A DNA stretch of 63,371 nucleotides, the filler included, from Octopus bimaculoides (taxonomy: Eukaryota), in NCBI RefSeq assembly GCF_001194135.2. It is 4 parts of 4 records of this genome, joined end to end, with 100 filler letters (N's around TTAATTAATTAA, not from the genome) between each part and the next. Parts side by side here need not be neighbours in the genome. Positions count along the whole stretch, not along the records: positions 26,671 to 54,216 come from NC_068996.1; 3 more parts are not named here. One strand, written 5' to 3'. The notes beneath the pieces are model-generated. The model did not search any database. It saw nothing but the letters and a program-made list of their open reading frames with translations, and was not told where the DNA came from. How positions within the stretch are numbered: position 1 is the first letter of the stretch; each line of letters opens with the position of its first letter. The position numbers and the translations under genes were made by a program. Below, piece after piece: positions 27,171 through 39,244 of the stretch.

Positions 27171-30100
27171 GGGAAACAACACAGCCAGGAATTAAACGCG
27201 ACTGAAGTTCCTGGCACGCACCCACAAAGTCGCCTGTTTTTCGTTTGCAATCGTGTAACAGGCACGCGTTTCCTGGTTGACACCGGCGCGATAGTCAGTA
27301 TCATCCCTGTTTCCAACACTTCAGGAAAAAGAAAAGAGACACCAGTCTGTCTTCAGGCAGTTAACCACTCACCGATTCCAACCTACGGTGAATAGTCCCT
27401 AACGCTGAACTTAAGACTACGCCGCACCTTCCAGTGGGTATTTGTCATAGCTAAACTGCTGACCCATACCTTAGGAACCGATTTCCTGCATCATTTCAGT
27501 CTCCTGGTAGACATTAAACACGGGAGACTGATCGACAGCACCACACAGCTCACTGTGCGCGGTATAGCTGCTTGTATGGCCACAGTCAGCCCAACTATAT
27601 TGCTAACGACGACAACTCATCACAGTGCTATCCTGAAAGAATATCCGGACGTCGCTCGACCAGTATTCCATAGTCAGCCAATCAAACACGAAGTTACCCA
27701 CCACATCAAAACCAGCGGTCCACCTGTTGCTGCAAGGCCCAGAAGGTTACCACCTGGTCGTCTCAATGCCATCAAGCTGGAATTCCAGCATATGCTCGAC
27801 CTTGTAATCATCCGCCCGTCCAGCAGCAACTGGACCTCGCCAATACAGTGCGTTCCGAAAAAATCATTGACCGATTGGCGAGTTTGTGGTGATTATCGAT
27901 CGCTGAACAACTACACTGTAAGGGATGTATATCCTGTCTCCTATCTGCAAGAATTTTCTAGCTCGCTGCATGGAGCTCGCATCTTTTCCAAGATCGACCT
28001 TGTGCGAGCATGCAACCAAATCCCGGTGGAACTTGCGGACATCCCCATAAGAGCAGTTACGACACCCTTCGGAATGTTTGAATTCCTGCGTATGCCTTTC
28101 GGTTTACGCAACGCGGCACAGACATTCCAAAGGTTTATCGATATGGTTACCAGAGGTTTCCCTTTCGTCTATGCCTACATAGACGACATATTCGTGGCCA
28201 GTAGCTCGGACGAAGAATATGACCAACACTTGTACCTGCTATTCGAACGCCTGCGCAAATAGGGTGTTGTTACCAACCCCGGCAAGTGTTCGTTCGGAGT
28301 TACTTCCCTTCATTTTCTCGGGCACATCGTCGATAAAGTTGGCGTTCGTCCCTTTCCCGAGAAAGTCAAGGCCATCGTGGATTTCCACCACCCACATCTC
28401 TCTGCAAATTAAAGGAGTTTTTCGGTTTAGTGAATTTCTATCGGAGATTTTTACCCCACCTCGCTGAGGTAGCGCAACCGCTCGCGGATTTGTTACGTCA
28501 GCGAACTTGCAAAAACACGAATTTTGTCCTGAATGAAGATCAACTCGCCTCTTTCACTGCTCTGAAAAAAGACGTTATCCAACGCTACCATGTTGGTGTA
28601 TCCAAAACTAGATGCCCCATTGTGTGTACTTGTTGATGCATCCGATTCCGGAGTTGGAAGTGTGCTGCAGCAGCTTGTTGACGGCATATAGCAACTGTTA
28701 TCCTTTTCTAAGCGGTTAAAACCCGCTGAAACGAAATACAGCACTTTCAGTCGAGAATTATTAGCAGCATTTCTGACACATGCTAGAAGATATCAATTTT
28801 GCTATGTACACCGACCACAAACCACTGGTGTATGCATTTAATACTAAACCTGGTAGCTACCTTGACTTCATGTCGCAGTACACGACAAATATACGCCACA
28901 TCAAAGGGTCGACCAAATCACCAGCCAATGCATTTTCACGCACGCAGATCAATGCAATCCATACCACTGCTATAATTGATCATGCACGTATAGCAGCTGA
29001 TCAGGAGAATGACGAATAACTTCTAAAGCTCCGAAATTCGTCATCTCTCAATTTCAGCAAGTTCCGCTACCATCATCCATGACCCATATTTGGTGTGATA
29101 TCTCCACCGGTCACCAACGCCCTTATGTACCGCAGAAACATTGGCGGGAAGTTTTTCTGCCTGCATTCTCTGTCACATTCTGGTATTCGTTCCACTCAAA
29201 AGCTGATATCGACCCGTATTGTGTGGACCAGTATCAACAAGGATATCAGAGAATGGACCAAGTGCTGTGTCGCGTGCCAAAAACCGAAAATCTACCGACA
29301 CATAAAATCACCGATCGGTTCCTTTTCACAAGCCGACGCACGATTTCAGCACATCGACATCGTGGGACCTCTGCCACATTCACAGAATTGTACACACCTG
29401 CTCACCTGTGTGGATCGTTTTTCGCGGTGGCCCGAAGCTTGGCCCTTATCTGATACATCGGCAAAAACGGTCGCCAAAACGCTGATATCCCAATGGATTT
29501 CGCGTTTTGGCACACCCGCAACTATTACCACCGACAGAGGACATCAGTTCGATTCCCACCTCTTCACCGAGCTGACTCGTCTCCTCGGGTACAAACACAC
29601 CCGCACTACAGCTTACCACTCCACAGCAAATGGCATAGTCGAACGCTTTCACCGCTAACTCAAGGCAGCTATAAAAGTATCTTCAGACTGTTCTAACGGG
29701 TTGGAACATCTCCCTCTCATCCTCCTTAGTATTCGATCTACGGTTAAGGAGGAAGTTGGATATACTCCGGCTGAACTCGTCTATGACACAGCACTCACCT
29801 TACCTGGGCAGATGATCGAACCTGTTTCACCACAAGACCTTCCTGATCCAGTAAAATATGTGCACCGATTACGGACATCCATGTCGAATTTGTCCCCTGC
29901 AGTCCCCAGACAACAGAACGTTGCTTCACATGTCCCAAATGTCATCGATACTTGGACTCATGTTTTCGTGAGAAATGATGGAGTACCATCTCAACTTCGG
30001 CCACCATATTCCGGGCCCTACAAAGTGCTTAAAAAAGGACCAAAGTATTTCGTTCTTGATATTGGAGGTAAATGAAATACTGTATCAGTTGATCGTTTAA

Positions 30101-30262
30101 AAAAAGCATTCATCGAGGAGTACCTGCTTTCAGTTCCCTCAGTTCCCTCCGTTGGACTCAACATCTCAAGCAAACACCTCAGATTCTGCACAACCCCGGC
30201 ACACCAAATCGGAAAGAACAGTTCGATGGCCCGCGAGGTTTGCTACCCATCTTTTCAAATGA
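27171..30262 (+). pseudogene. Ty3/Gypsy pol pseudogene (PR-RT-RNaseH-IN); gag almost entirely absent
   Basis: Protease FLVDTGA at 27270-27290. RT motifs WRVCGDYRSLN, FSKIDL, PFGLRNAAQTFQR and YIDD (28176-28187). RNase H DAS and YTDHKPL. Integrase [28 protein letters not shown], and C-terminal TKSERTVRWPARF. At least 7 stops, frameshifts or deletions. Confidence 0.97.
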
Positions 30263-30820
30263 AAAGTCTACATCACCATACAACCCAAATGACTGCATCA
30301 CCGCATACAAGCCAAAAGAAATCAATGAACATTTTGTATATAAAAAAAATAATAAAACTTTTCTACATCTACGAAAAACCTTTTTATGAACATTGACTGA
30401 ACATTTTACAAACAAACACTTCTACGAACATTTTCATTTTTCTGTCAATTCCTTGCTTGTACATACGTTTTGCTTTCTTTTTTAAATGTTTTGCCTTCTT
30501 TTAAATGTTTTACTCCTTGTATGCTTACACAGACTTGCAACACTCACATTCTCATGTGTGCTATCACTGGAGTTTTTGCACCACTGAAAGACACCTTGCC
30601 TCTACCTTTAGTGGGTCGAATAATCAAAAGACCCACATCTCTTTCAACGCGCCAACATGTTTCTGCCTGGGCACATATATGTATTGCCTACCATATTGCA
30701 CACACCAACAGTGAATCATTTTTGCTTCATATTTTTACACTTTTATTTCTTTCACGTCCCATGTTTTTGACAAATATTCATTTATCTGCTACACTGTGTA
30801 AGAATGATGCGAGTGGAAGG

Positions 30821-31267
30821 TGTCGAGCTGATGTAGCCGGTTCTGGAGGTAAAAAAAAGGAAAAACAAGGAAATAAGTGAGAAAACAACCGCGGGTTGAT
30901 TAGAGCCCCGTATCGAATTTTCAAAGTTGACTCGATTTTTCCGATTTTTTCAATTTTTCGATTTTATTATATTTATATTTTCCACGATTTTTTAAAAGAA
31001 ACGATTTCATTGTAACAATCGCTATGTGTTGTGGTGTCCATTGTCGTCTCCCCTCTATGTTCGTCTTCTTATAGACAATAAAAGAAACTGTTACACTGTG
31101 TAAATTTTTTCTGCATACACACAAAATAACATTTCCAATATCGTTCGATCTCTGTGGCTTTCTCACTAGAAGTTGGGGGTAGTGTAAAAATTAACACTTC
31201 CTTCTCCAAGCTTAGATTCGAAACCGAATCTAAGGATTCTCGCTCGTCCAAACCACCACGATCAACA
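30821..31267 (+). mobile_element. Putative 3' LTR (about 447 bp) of the Gypsy element
   Basis: Preceded by purine tract gagtggaagg (30811-30820). Starts TGTCGAGC and ends GATCAACA (imperfect terminal inverted repeat, TG...CA). AATAAA at 31077-31082. No 5' LTR is present to confirm the boundaries. Confidence 0.5.
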
Positions 31268-31498
31268 GGCGTGAAAAAAATGGTTTTCTTTGTCCTATCA
31301 AAAAAAAAATGATAAATCATGTCCCTTTGACCTACGACCTCAGCCTTGTCAAGCGAAGTTCGAATAGACAGGAGCTGACCAATTTAGGCACAGTCTCTGC
31401 TACTGTATGCCTGTCCTTCTAGCTGCCACAGCGGTTATGAAATACCATGGTCAACAGAGAGACAGACAGAAAGGCCTAGGACGCAGAAAGAAAGGCTT

Positions 31499-31564
31499 TG
31501 GCAAACAGACTGAAAGGCTCTGGCAAACAGACTGAAAGGCTCTGGCAAACAGACTGAAAGGCTC
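31499..31564. repeat. 22-bp tandem repeat (tggcaaacagactgaaaggctc) x3
   Basis: Three identical units visible. Confidence 0.95.
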
Positions 31565-32239
31565 ATGGCAGATTACTTTCTCAGATGAACAACGCACACA
31601 CACAAACATATTCAGTTTTGACATATCACCTCCACAGATGTGCCCTGTTACTAGCAACTCGTAGCAGTTGTCAACAATTACATGTAGTGAAGAATATTAT
31701 ATACCAAAGGCAAGTGCAAGTACAGTAAATAAATTATTTTAACTATGAATCGATGTCATTTATTTGTTTGCTTCAAAAGCATCTACATGCCTATCGCATT
31801 TGTTCACCTGAACACATACTGATACACACTTAACTACTACACATAGGCCAACTCGGAACTAATGCGGTTCATTGCTGTAAGCACCAATAGTTCTGTAAAA
31901 TAAATGGTTTATTAGTCTATAAAATAGAAATAAGAAAGATATGTTCCCTGCTTAACTAACTCCCTGATAATGAACATCGTAATTTTTAAAAAACGATTGT
32001 ATTTTGTTGTTTCCCTCTAATTTAATTTCTTTGGTTGTTATTTATAAAAGCTTTTTAAAGAGAAAAAAATTGAAATATGCGTTACAGAACTAACTTGTGT
32101 TATTTTGTAGTGAAATGACTGTTTTGAACCATCAATTCATATTTCCCAGCGTTGGGGTAGGAGGCAATAAACTTGTGCGACTGTAACTCAGTCAATCAGT
32201 CAAATTTTCCCTTCAATTGGTTTATAGAATGTTCTAGAA

Positions 32240-32736
32240 CAGGTGATCTACTAGGGGGTGGCGAAGAATTACAGGGGGTCGATGATAACTTAGGGGTCGA
32301 ATGGGGGTCGGCGTGCGAAAGACCAGCTCACTCCGATGAACTACTTGAAATATGTAGCGTCATGCTCATCCCTCACATTGATGTTGTCAACTTCAATAAA
32401 ACATATTCCAGCTGTATGATGCATTTTCACGGTTAGAAACCGTGAAAACAATTTCATAAAAATTGAAAGTTTCATACTGTATTCTCGTACACGTAAAACA
32501 TGTAAAAAGTGTGTCATCTTCAATAGAATTTCTTAATTTGTCGTACATGTATACTTTAGCTAACATTCTAATTGCCAGCATCAGTACCCAGGACACATTT
32601 AAGATATGGTAGGGTAGTGTATTAAGATATTTTTAATGTGGAGAGAGGTCTATGAGGAAGAAGTGGCTAAAGGGGGTGCGGAAGGAGAAATGGATAAGGG
32701 GGGGGGTCGATGGTCGAAAAAGCTTGGCGACCCCTG
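32240..32736. mobile_element. Non-autonomous hAT element (MITE, 497 bp)
   Basis: Termini CAGGTG...CCCCTG flanked by a perfect 8-bp TSD TTCTAGAA (32232-32239 and 32737-32744). An 8-bp TSD with a TCTAGA core is typical of hAT/Charlie. Confidence 0.85.
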
Positions 32737-33612
32737 TTCTAGAACATTTTTCCGATGGTATATTAGAAAAATCTAACAAAAAAGTGAGCTTTCAGATTCT
32801 AGTGAAGGTGATGTCGTTTTTGCTTACGTTCCTTNNNNNNNNNNNNNNNNNNNNNNNNNNNNNNNNNNNNNNNNNNNNNNNNNNNNNNNNNNNNNNNNNN
32901 NNNNNNNNNNNNNNNNNNNNNNNNNNNNNNNNNNNNNNNNNNNNNNNNNNNNNNNNNNNNNNNNNNNNNNNNNNNNNNNNNNNNNNNNNNNNNNNNNNNN
33001 NNNNNNNNNNNNNNNNNNNNNNNNNNNNNNNNNNNNNNNNNNNNNNNNNNNNNNNNNNNNNNNNNNNNNNNNNNNNNNNNNNNNNNNNNNNNNNNNNNNN
33101 NNNNNNNNNNNNNNNNNNNNNNNNNNNNNNNNNNNNNNNNNNNNNNNNNNNNNNNNNNNNNNNNNNNNNNNNNNNNNNNNNNNNNNNNNNNNNNNNNNNN
33201 NNNNNNNNNNNNNNNNNNNNNNNNNNNNNNNNNNNNNNNNNNNNNNNNNNNNNNNNNNNNNNNNNNNNNNNNNNNNNNNNNNNNNNNNNNNNNNNNNNNN
33301 NNNNNNNNNNNNNNNNNNNNNNNNNNNNNNNNNNNNNNNNNNNNNNNNNNNNNNNNNNNNNNNNNNNNNNNNNNNNNNNNNNNNNNNNNNNNNNNNNNNN
33401 NNNNNNNNNNNNNNNNNNNNNNNNNNNNNNNNNNNNNNNNNNNNNNNNNNNNNNNNNNNNNNNNNNNNNNNNNNNNNNNNNNNNNNNNNNNNNNNNNNNN
33501 NNNNNNNNNNNNNNNNNNNNNNNNNNNNNNNNNNNNNNNNNNNNNNNNNNNNNNNNNNNNNNNNNNNNNNNNNNNNNNNNNNNNNNNNNNNNNNNNNNNN
33601 NNNNNNNNNNNN

Positions 33613-33915
33613 GGCTGACAAAAGCCTTGTGAGTGGATTTGGTAGACGGAAACTGAAAGAAGCCCGTCGTATATATGTATGTATATACATGTGTGTGTGT
33701 GTGTTTGTGTGTCTGTGTTTGTCCCCCCAGCATCACTTGAAAACCGATGGTGGTGTGTTTACGTCCCCGTAACCTAGCGGTTCGGCAAAAGAGACCGATA
33801 GAATAAGTACTAGGCTTCCAAAGAATAAGTCCTGGGGTCGATTTGCTCGACTAAAGGCGGTGCTCCAGCATGGCCGCAGTCAAAATGACTGAAACAAGTA
33901 AGAGAGTAAAGAGTG
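33613..33915 (+). mobile_element. SINE type A (5' end lost in gap), well preserved
   Basis: Core ...aaagccttgtgagtggatttggtagacggaaactgaaagaagcccgtcg, an internal TA/TG microsatellite, and a 3' body ending ...tgactgaaacaagtaagagagt. CpGs are intact. Confidence 0.9.
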
Positions 33916-35120
33916 CTCACTTCAGTAGTGCATAATTTCCGATACAGTTAGAGCTTCTTCAAATCACACCCAACGGTCTTTATGAAAGAAAAGATATAAT
34001 GTTCAGCATTGTACCATTTTTGAAGTAAGCGCTGTGTACGGATGGAACAACCTCTGTTCAGATATAAATGGCTCAACACTGATCGGGTTAAACAGCATAA
34101 GCTAACAAATTGAGCTATGCACAAGGGATTAGTTTGATGTTTAACGAAGTTTATGTATATGATCTTCGTTAAACTGACTAACATCAAACTAATCCCTTAA
34201 GTTTATGTATATGATCTTTTAAGGTTTTTAATATGTTACACTGAGCAGTAGAACAATCGGAAGCTTAATGAATTCAATTTTATATTATGCTGAAAGAAGA
34301 GTTGTACAAGGGAGGTAAATCTTAAATTTCCTAAAACATCGAAGGGGAGATTATTACAGCAGTAGATCGAAACAATTTTTCAACAGACTTTTTATTAAAT
34401 GTTCGATCTATGCAGGACGATTGCTTTCATATTTTACCTTGACTAGTAGCTTAGTAGGTGAGACATTAACACAATCTTTCTATTTCTGTTTCCACCAACA
34501 ATTTGCATGCTTTTATTGAATATTCCATTGTATTTTACCACGTTTATTTACTGTTTAATCTAAGAAATAAATTGTACTAATAGAGGTCACTTCTTTACCA
34601 CATCCACTGTGAAGTTATTTTATTTGTTTTTGAATAGGAATAAATGTAACAATCTATCGTTTAGTTTTTCCTTGCAGTTAACTCCTAAAAAATTAATAGC
34701 AATATCATTATCATACAATGAAATCTCCCTCATTCTACTTCACATCGCTTTTTAGAGAACATGTTAATTTAGTAAATAACTTATATTTAGTTTAATGCCG
34801 TAATTCTCAACCATTTGTAGCTCGGCGCCCCCTTGAACTGAATGACATTTTACTAATGCCCCAACCCCATATTAAAATAACTTTATCAAACAGCTGATTT
34901 TGTTTGTTTACTATCCATATTTTTGTTACGCTACCCCTTCCAACTTGTCCCTTTCTGATAGGTATTTGCGTTAAAAATAACCCTTATGCTAATTTGTTTG
35001 GGAAATTACTAAATACGATAAAGAATTATATAGTGAAATTATATTGGACCTTAATGTATCATTTCTACTCACAGTATCCTACTCTTATTCTACTCTTAGT
35101 AGAATCTTATTCTAATTCTT

Positions 35121-35371
35121 GGTAATCTTCAAGTTTAGGGGGGTAAAAAATAAATAAAAATATTCAAGGGAAATAACTGAACGTCTTACCAGTATTCTCC
35201 GTACATCTCTGTTTATAAATAAATCACACACGTGATTTGATTGACGTTAGGGTTAGGATGTGATTTATTTATAAACAGCTAGAAGTAAACGGGAATACTG
35301 GTAAGTCGTTCAGTTATTTCCCTTGAATATTTTTATTTACTTTTTTTACCCCCTTAAACTTGAAGATTACC
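35121..35371. mobile_element. Fold-back MITE (251 bp, about 108-bp TIRs), possibly Mutator-like
   Basis: ggtaatcttcaagtttagggggg... pairs with ...cccccttaaacttgaagattacc. The flanks ctaattctt / ttaattcta agree at 7 of 9 positions (candidate 9-bp TSD). Confidence 0.8.
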
Positions 35372-35479
35372 TTAATTCTAATCTTACTCTTATTCTAATC
35401 TTAGTAAAGATATTTTTTAATGTATTTAAAATATAAGTGTTGAACCTGGTTTAAGTATTTCGTTTCTAACATAAATCAG

Positions 35480-35735
35480 AACCCTTGTAAACACCCTGCG
35501 CCCTCCAAAGCACTTCATTGATGCCACCGCCTTGTTTGCTCACAACGTCCTCAATGGGGCACCTCTCTCCACCCAGATGAAGGGAAACTTGTAATTTTTG
35601 TTCCCTTTCAATTTCTTGTGCTAAATAAGTATCTTTGTCGGCAACTGTTGCATTTTGAGTGTAATTTGGGGTCGGTATGAGCACACTGGGTGGAGCAGCA
35701 AATGTCAAGGGGTTGTGATTTACGTTGGAAATAAA
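35480..35735 (+). other. Unassigned coding-like island; candidate terminal exon
   Basis: GC-richer patch. ctaac...cag acceptor at 35478-35479, 37 open codons TLVNTLRPPKHFIDATALFAHNVLNGAPLSTQMKGNL*, and AATAAA at 35730. The opposite strand also has a 93-aa ORF. No family recognised. Confidence 0.25.
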
Positions 35736-36164
35736 ATATTTAAACACGTTTCCAAAACTTTTATCAAGATTAGAGGCAGAGAATTATCTGAAACACTACA
35801 TAAAAAAAATTTACTTATTTCTACATAATCTAAAATGTCTAGAAATTTTCGATAAATATATGTATTTTTAAGAAAAGTTTGGTGAAACAAAATCGCTCTG
35901 GGCAGAATTTTGTAGTTATGCTGCAATTTGTATTCCACATTAATGCCCCTGAAAGCTGTGATCATCAGTTCCAACTTGCATTTAACTGTTATGCATATGA
36001 GAAATCAACATTATCTTTAATAAGTCAATGAAGCAACTTAATGGTCACTCATCCTGCTAGAAATAGAATAGCAAGCAAATCTCAAATTATATACTATCAT
36101 CTTGAGAAAAATAACACAATGATGTACTTTGAAAATTATAGAATTATCACATTGCTTTTGATTA

Positions 36165-37909
36165 CACTAGGCTACAAAAAAGTTTTTATTGTCTGGTGCC
36201 TGGAATATTTCAACGAATTCGTAAGCGATTTTGCCTGCTAAATTCAAAAATAACTTCAGTTTTTCTCTGTAAAGTCTATTTTTCTGACTAGACCTGATAG
36301 AGTAAATATTTTGTTCATCCAAGAGACATATAATATCAATCAATAAAGAGAGGGCAACACAAAACAAAACAAAGTACAAGTAAAAATTCAAAATTGAAAA
36401 TGCACGTTGGCAAAGATTTTTGGCAGAAAATTCAAGGAATAAATTTACGCTTCTTTCTGCACCGTGAATGTTGAGCAACAGGAGTATTTTGTTTTAAACA
36501 CCAGCAATAGTCTGCCATCATCACAGCATCCCAACATCCTTGGTACTGAGTTTCCATCTCCTTGATGTCCTGATGAAATCATTCGCCTTGTTCATTGCTA
36601 ACATCTCCAAGATTTTCAGGAGAACAATCAAGATGACTAAAAAGATAATGCATTTTGATGCTCATATTCATATCAATATTATGAAAAGTTGATATCAAAT
36701 TGGTAACAAGGTCTTTATAGTTTTCACTTTTGTGTTTCCCAAGGAAATTTTGCTCTACTTCTGCAAAGGCTAGCCAAGCTGATGTTTCATTTTCGTTCAT
36801 CGTTTTCTCAAAATTTGTGTCCTTCAAGAGGTTACGGATCTCTGGTCCATCAAAAATCCCTGCTTTAAGTGTTTTAATCGTCAAGTCTGGAAATACACTG
36901 CAGATATACTTGAAGTACTCCCCATTTTTGTCAAGAGCTTTGATGAATTGCTTGATCAATCTGAGTTTGATGTGGAAAGAGGGAAAATGATCTTATCTCG
37001 CTCAACTAAAGGTTCTTCCAATATAATGACAGCTCTACATGGAGCCATATTTGTTCGAGGTGGCCAGTCTTTCTTAAAATAGTGGTTTACTTGGTCTCTA
37101 CTGTCCTACATGCAGAGAGATCATGCCGTCCCATGAGAAAATTCACCATCTTTAAGTCAACGCAGATGACCCAGTTATGATCATGATACAGTATCTTCTC
37201 TAAAACCAAATTAATTTCTTCATATTTTTCCTTCAGAATTGTTGAATGGCCAAGTGAGACAGAGCCATACACATTTTCATTGTGCAACAATACGCATTTT
37301 AAACTACACTTAGAGCTGTGTATGAAAAGATGCCTTTTCTCAATGCTAAGTTTATTAAGAAGCCCACTGACATCTCTGCAGTAAACTAGCTCTTCTTTTT
37401 TGTGAAGAAAGGGTGGATCTCTTCATGCCAACTCCGACAAAAGGTTATACAGACACCATTCTCTAGAACATTCTTCTCTTTCAGTCAGGAAACCAACAGT
37501 TCTGCAGAATTTTTTGTGAGGTTCAAGTCACAAACTTGATCTTTCAGCTCTGCCTGGGAGAATACTTGAGATAAAATCTCAACTGAAAAGTCTTGATCTC
37601 TAGTGTCTTCTTCAGGTGATGAATCTTGGTTGAGGGTAAAGTTATCTGAGGCAAGACATTGAAGACAGAAACAGGAAGCTCTTCACTGTGTGGAACTGGT
37701 CTAATAGCAGACGCAAGATTAGGATACACAAGCATTGGTCGATTTTTCCATTTTATACCTTCAAATTTAGGTTACAAAAATAAACAGTCATCCACATGAT
37801 TATAGGGCTCAATAACTTAGAAACTAGATCTGATAGGTCAAAAAGAAGTTTATATTTGGATTCAGGAGACCAATTTTATATAAGAACACCAAAAACTTAT
37901 AGACCAGTG
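36165..37909 (-). mobile_element. CMC/Chapaev3-type DNA transposon, internally deleted, both ends intact
   Basis: Minus-strand peptides YPNLASAIRPVPHSEELPV, VICVDLKMVNF and KAGIFDGPEIR...NMSIKMHYLFSHLD..PENLGDVSNEQGE. Termini CACT...AGTG with imperfect TIRs. 3-bp TSD TTA at 36162-36164 and 37910-37912. The superfamily name is from recall of the family's motifs. Confidence 0.85.
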
Positions 37910-39059
37910 TTATAGGACTGCTCAACCAGGACAAACTTGACCAAATCAACATCAACAACTTTATTATTATATTTTACTGATTTTGATATTTTCATTTTCA
38001 CTTAAACTGATGATTTACATAGAAAGATTTTGATTTTCATACTTTTAACCTCATCTTTAGAGATGAACATTTTTTATTATTAATATTTACTATGGATACT
38101 AAAATAAAAGTCAATTACCCACTTCAGACTTTTAGTTTATTTTGTATTAAAATTTGATCCTCAATCAGCAGTTTAGGGGTTTTAGCTTATACATATCTCT
38201 TCAGGATGAACCTGTAACTTTCTCCAGTATTATGTGTTTTTACTTCAATATAATCAGTAATTATCCTTAAAGTTGTACAGAACTATATGATTAACAAAAA
38301 TAATTACAACCCTATCTCATGACATTGTTTTGGGATGTAAACAGTGAATCTGTGGCTGAAAATAACATTCTGATATCCATTAATGTTATATTATCACTCC
38401 CAATTTCAAGTTGTTAAAGTTGACCTTTTTTATTATGGCTTTCTCTTCTTCATAAGAACTTTTCAACATGATTTTCACAATCTTTCTTCAAGGCAGATAA
38501 CCAAAATCAGTTTCTGTGAATTATTCATGGTATGCTCTTAGTGCATATATACAGCTGAGGTTTTATATCCTCCTAGAGATCATTTTACTCATTTCACCCC
38601 CACCCAGAAGAGCTGAAAATATATAGGAACATTTAAACAGAAAATTATTGAAACTACAGAAAACTAATAACAGTTGCAGCAAAAAATAGTTTGTGTTTTG
38701 AAGAAACTTGTGAGAGACTGGAGAATGGTATTGAATCACCTTCAGAAAATGCCAAACGAAAAGTGTGTCAACCCAAGGTAAATCTTGTAACCATTCAGAA
38801 CTGGAGAAAAATTTCTGAATGAATTCTGAAAACTCACCAAAATGGAAATGTCATTATGTGGTTCCAAAAGGAATCAAAGAAAAGGGAATTTTAGATTAAG
38901 TTAAATGCTGAAAGGTGCTCAAGGTTGAAACAGACATGACTTAGTATTTCAGCAGAAAATAAGATTGCACAAAAACTTTGTAATGAACTAGATCAATGTT
39001 TCTTAAATTATTTCCCTATTTCTTCACTTTATCGCTTCACTGTTCTGATTTCCCCTCCA

Positions 39060-39240
39060 TATCTTTTACTGGTTTCAGTCATTAGACTGAAGCCATGCTA
39101 GGGCACTGCCTTGAAAGATTTAGTCACACTAGTACTTTTTTTTAAACCTGATACTTAATTTATTATTCCCTTTTTATCAAACTGGAACATAAACAAACCA
39201 ACACTGGTTGTCAAGAAATAGTGAAGAACGAACACACACA
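39060..39240 (-). mobile_element. SINE type A 3' part, old and CpG-decayed
   Basis: cttttactggtttcagtcattagactgaagccatgctagggcactgcc matches the type A tail with CpG to TpG/CpA changes. Confidence 0.75.
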
Positions 39241-39244
39241 TATC

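Noticed and set aside
35582-35588. Second GGGAAAC slippery heptamer before a stop
   Set aside because: The -1 frame has no protease motif and stops after about 32 codons, so it is likely coincidental.
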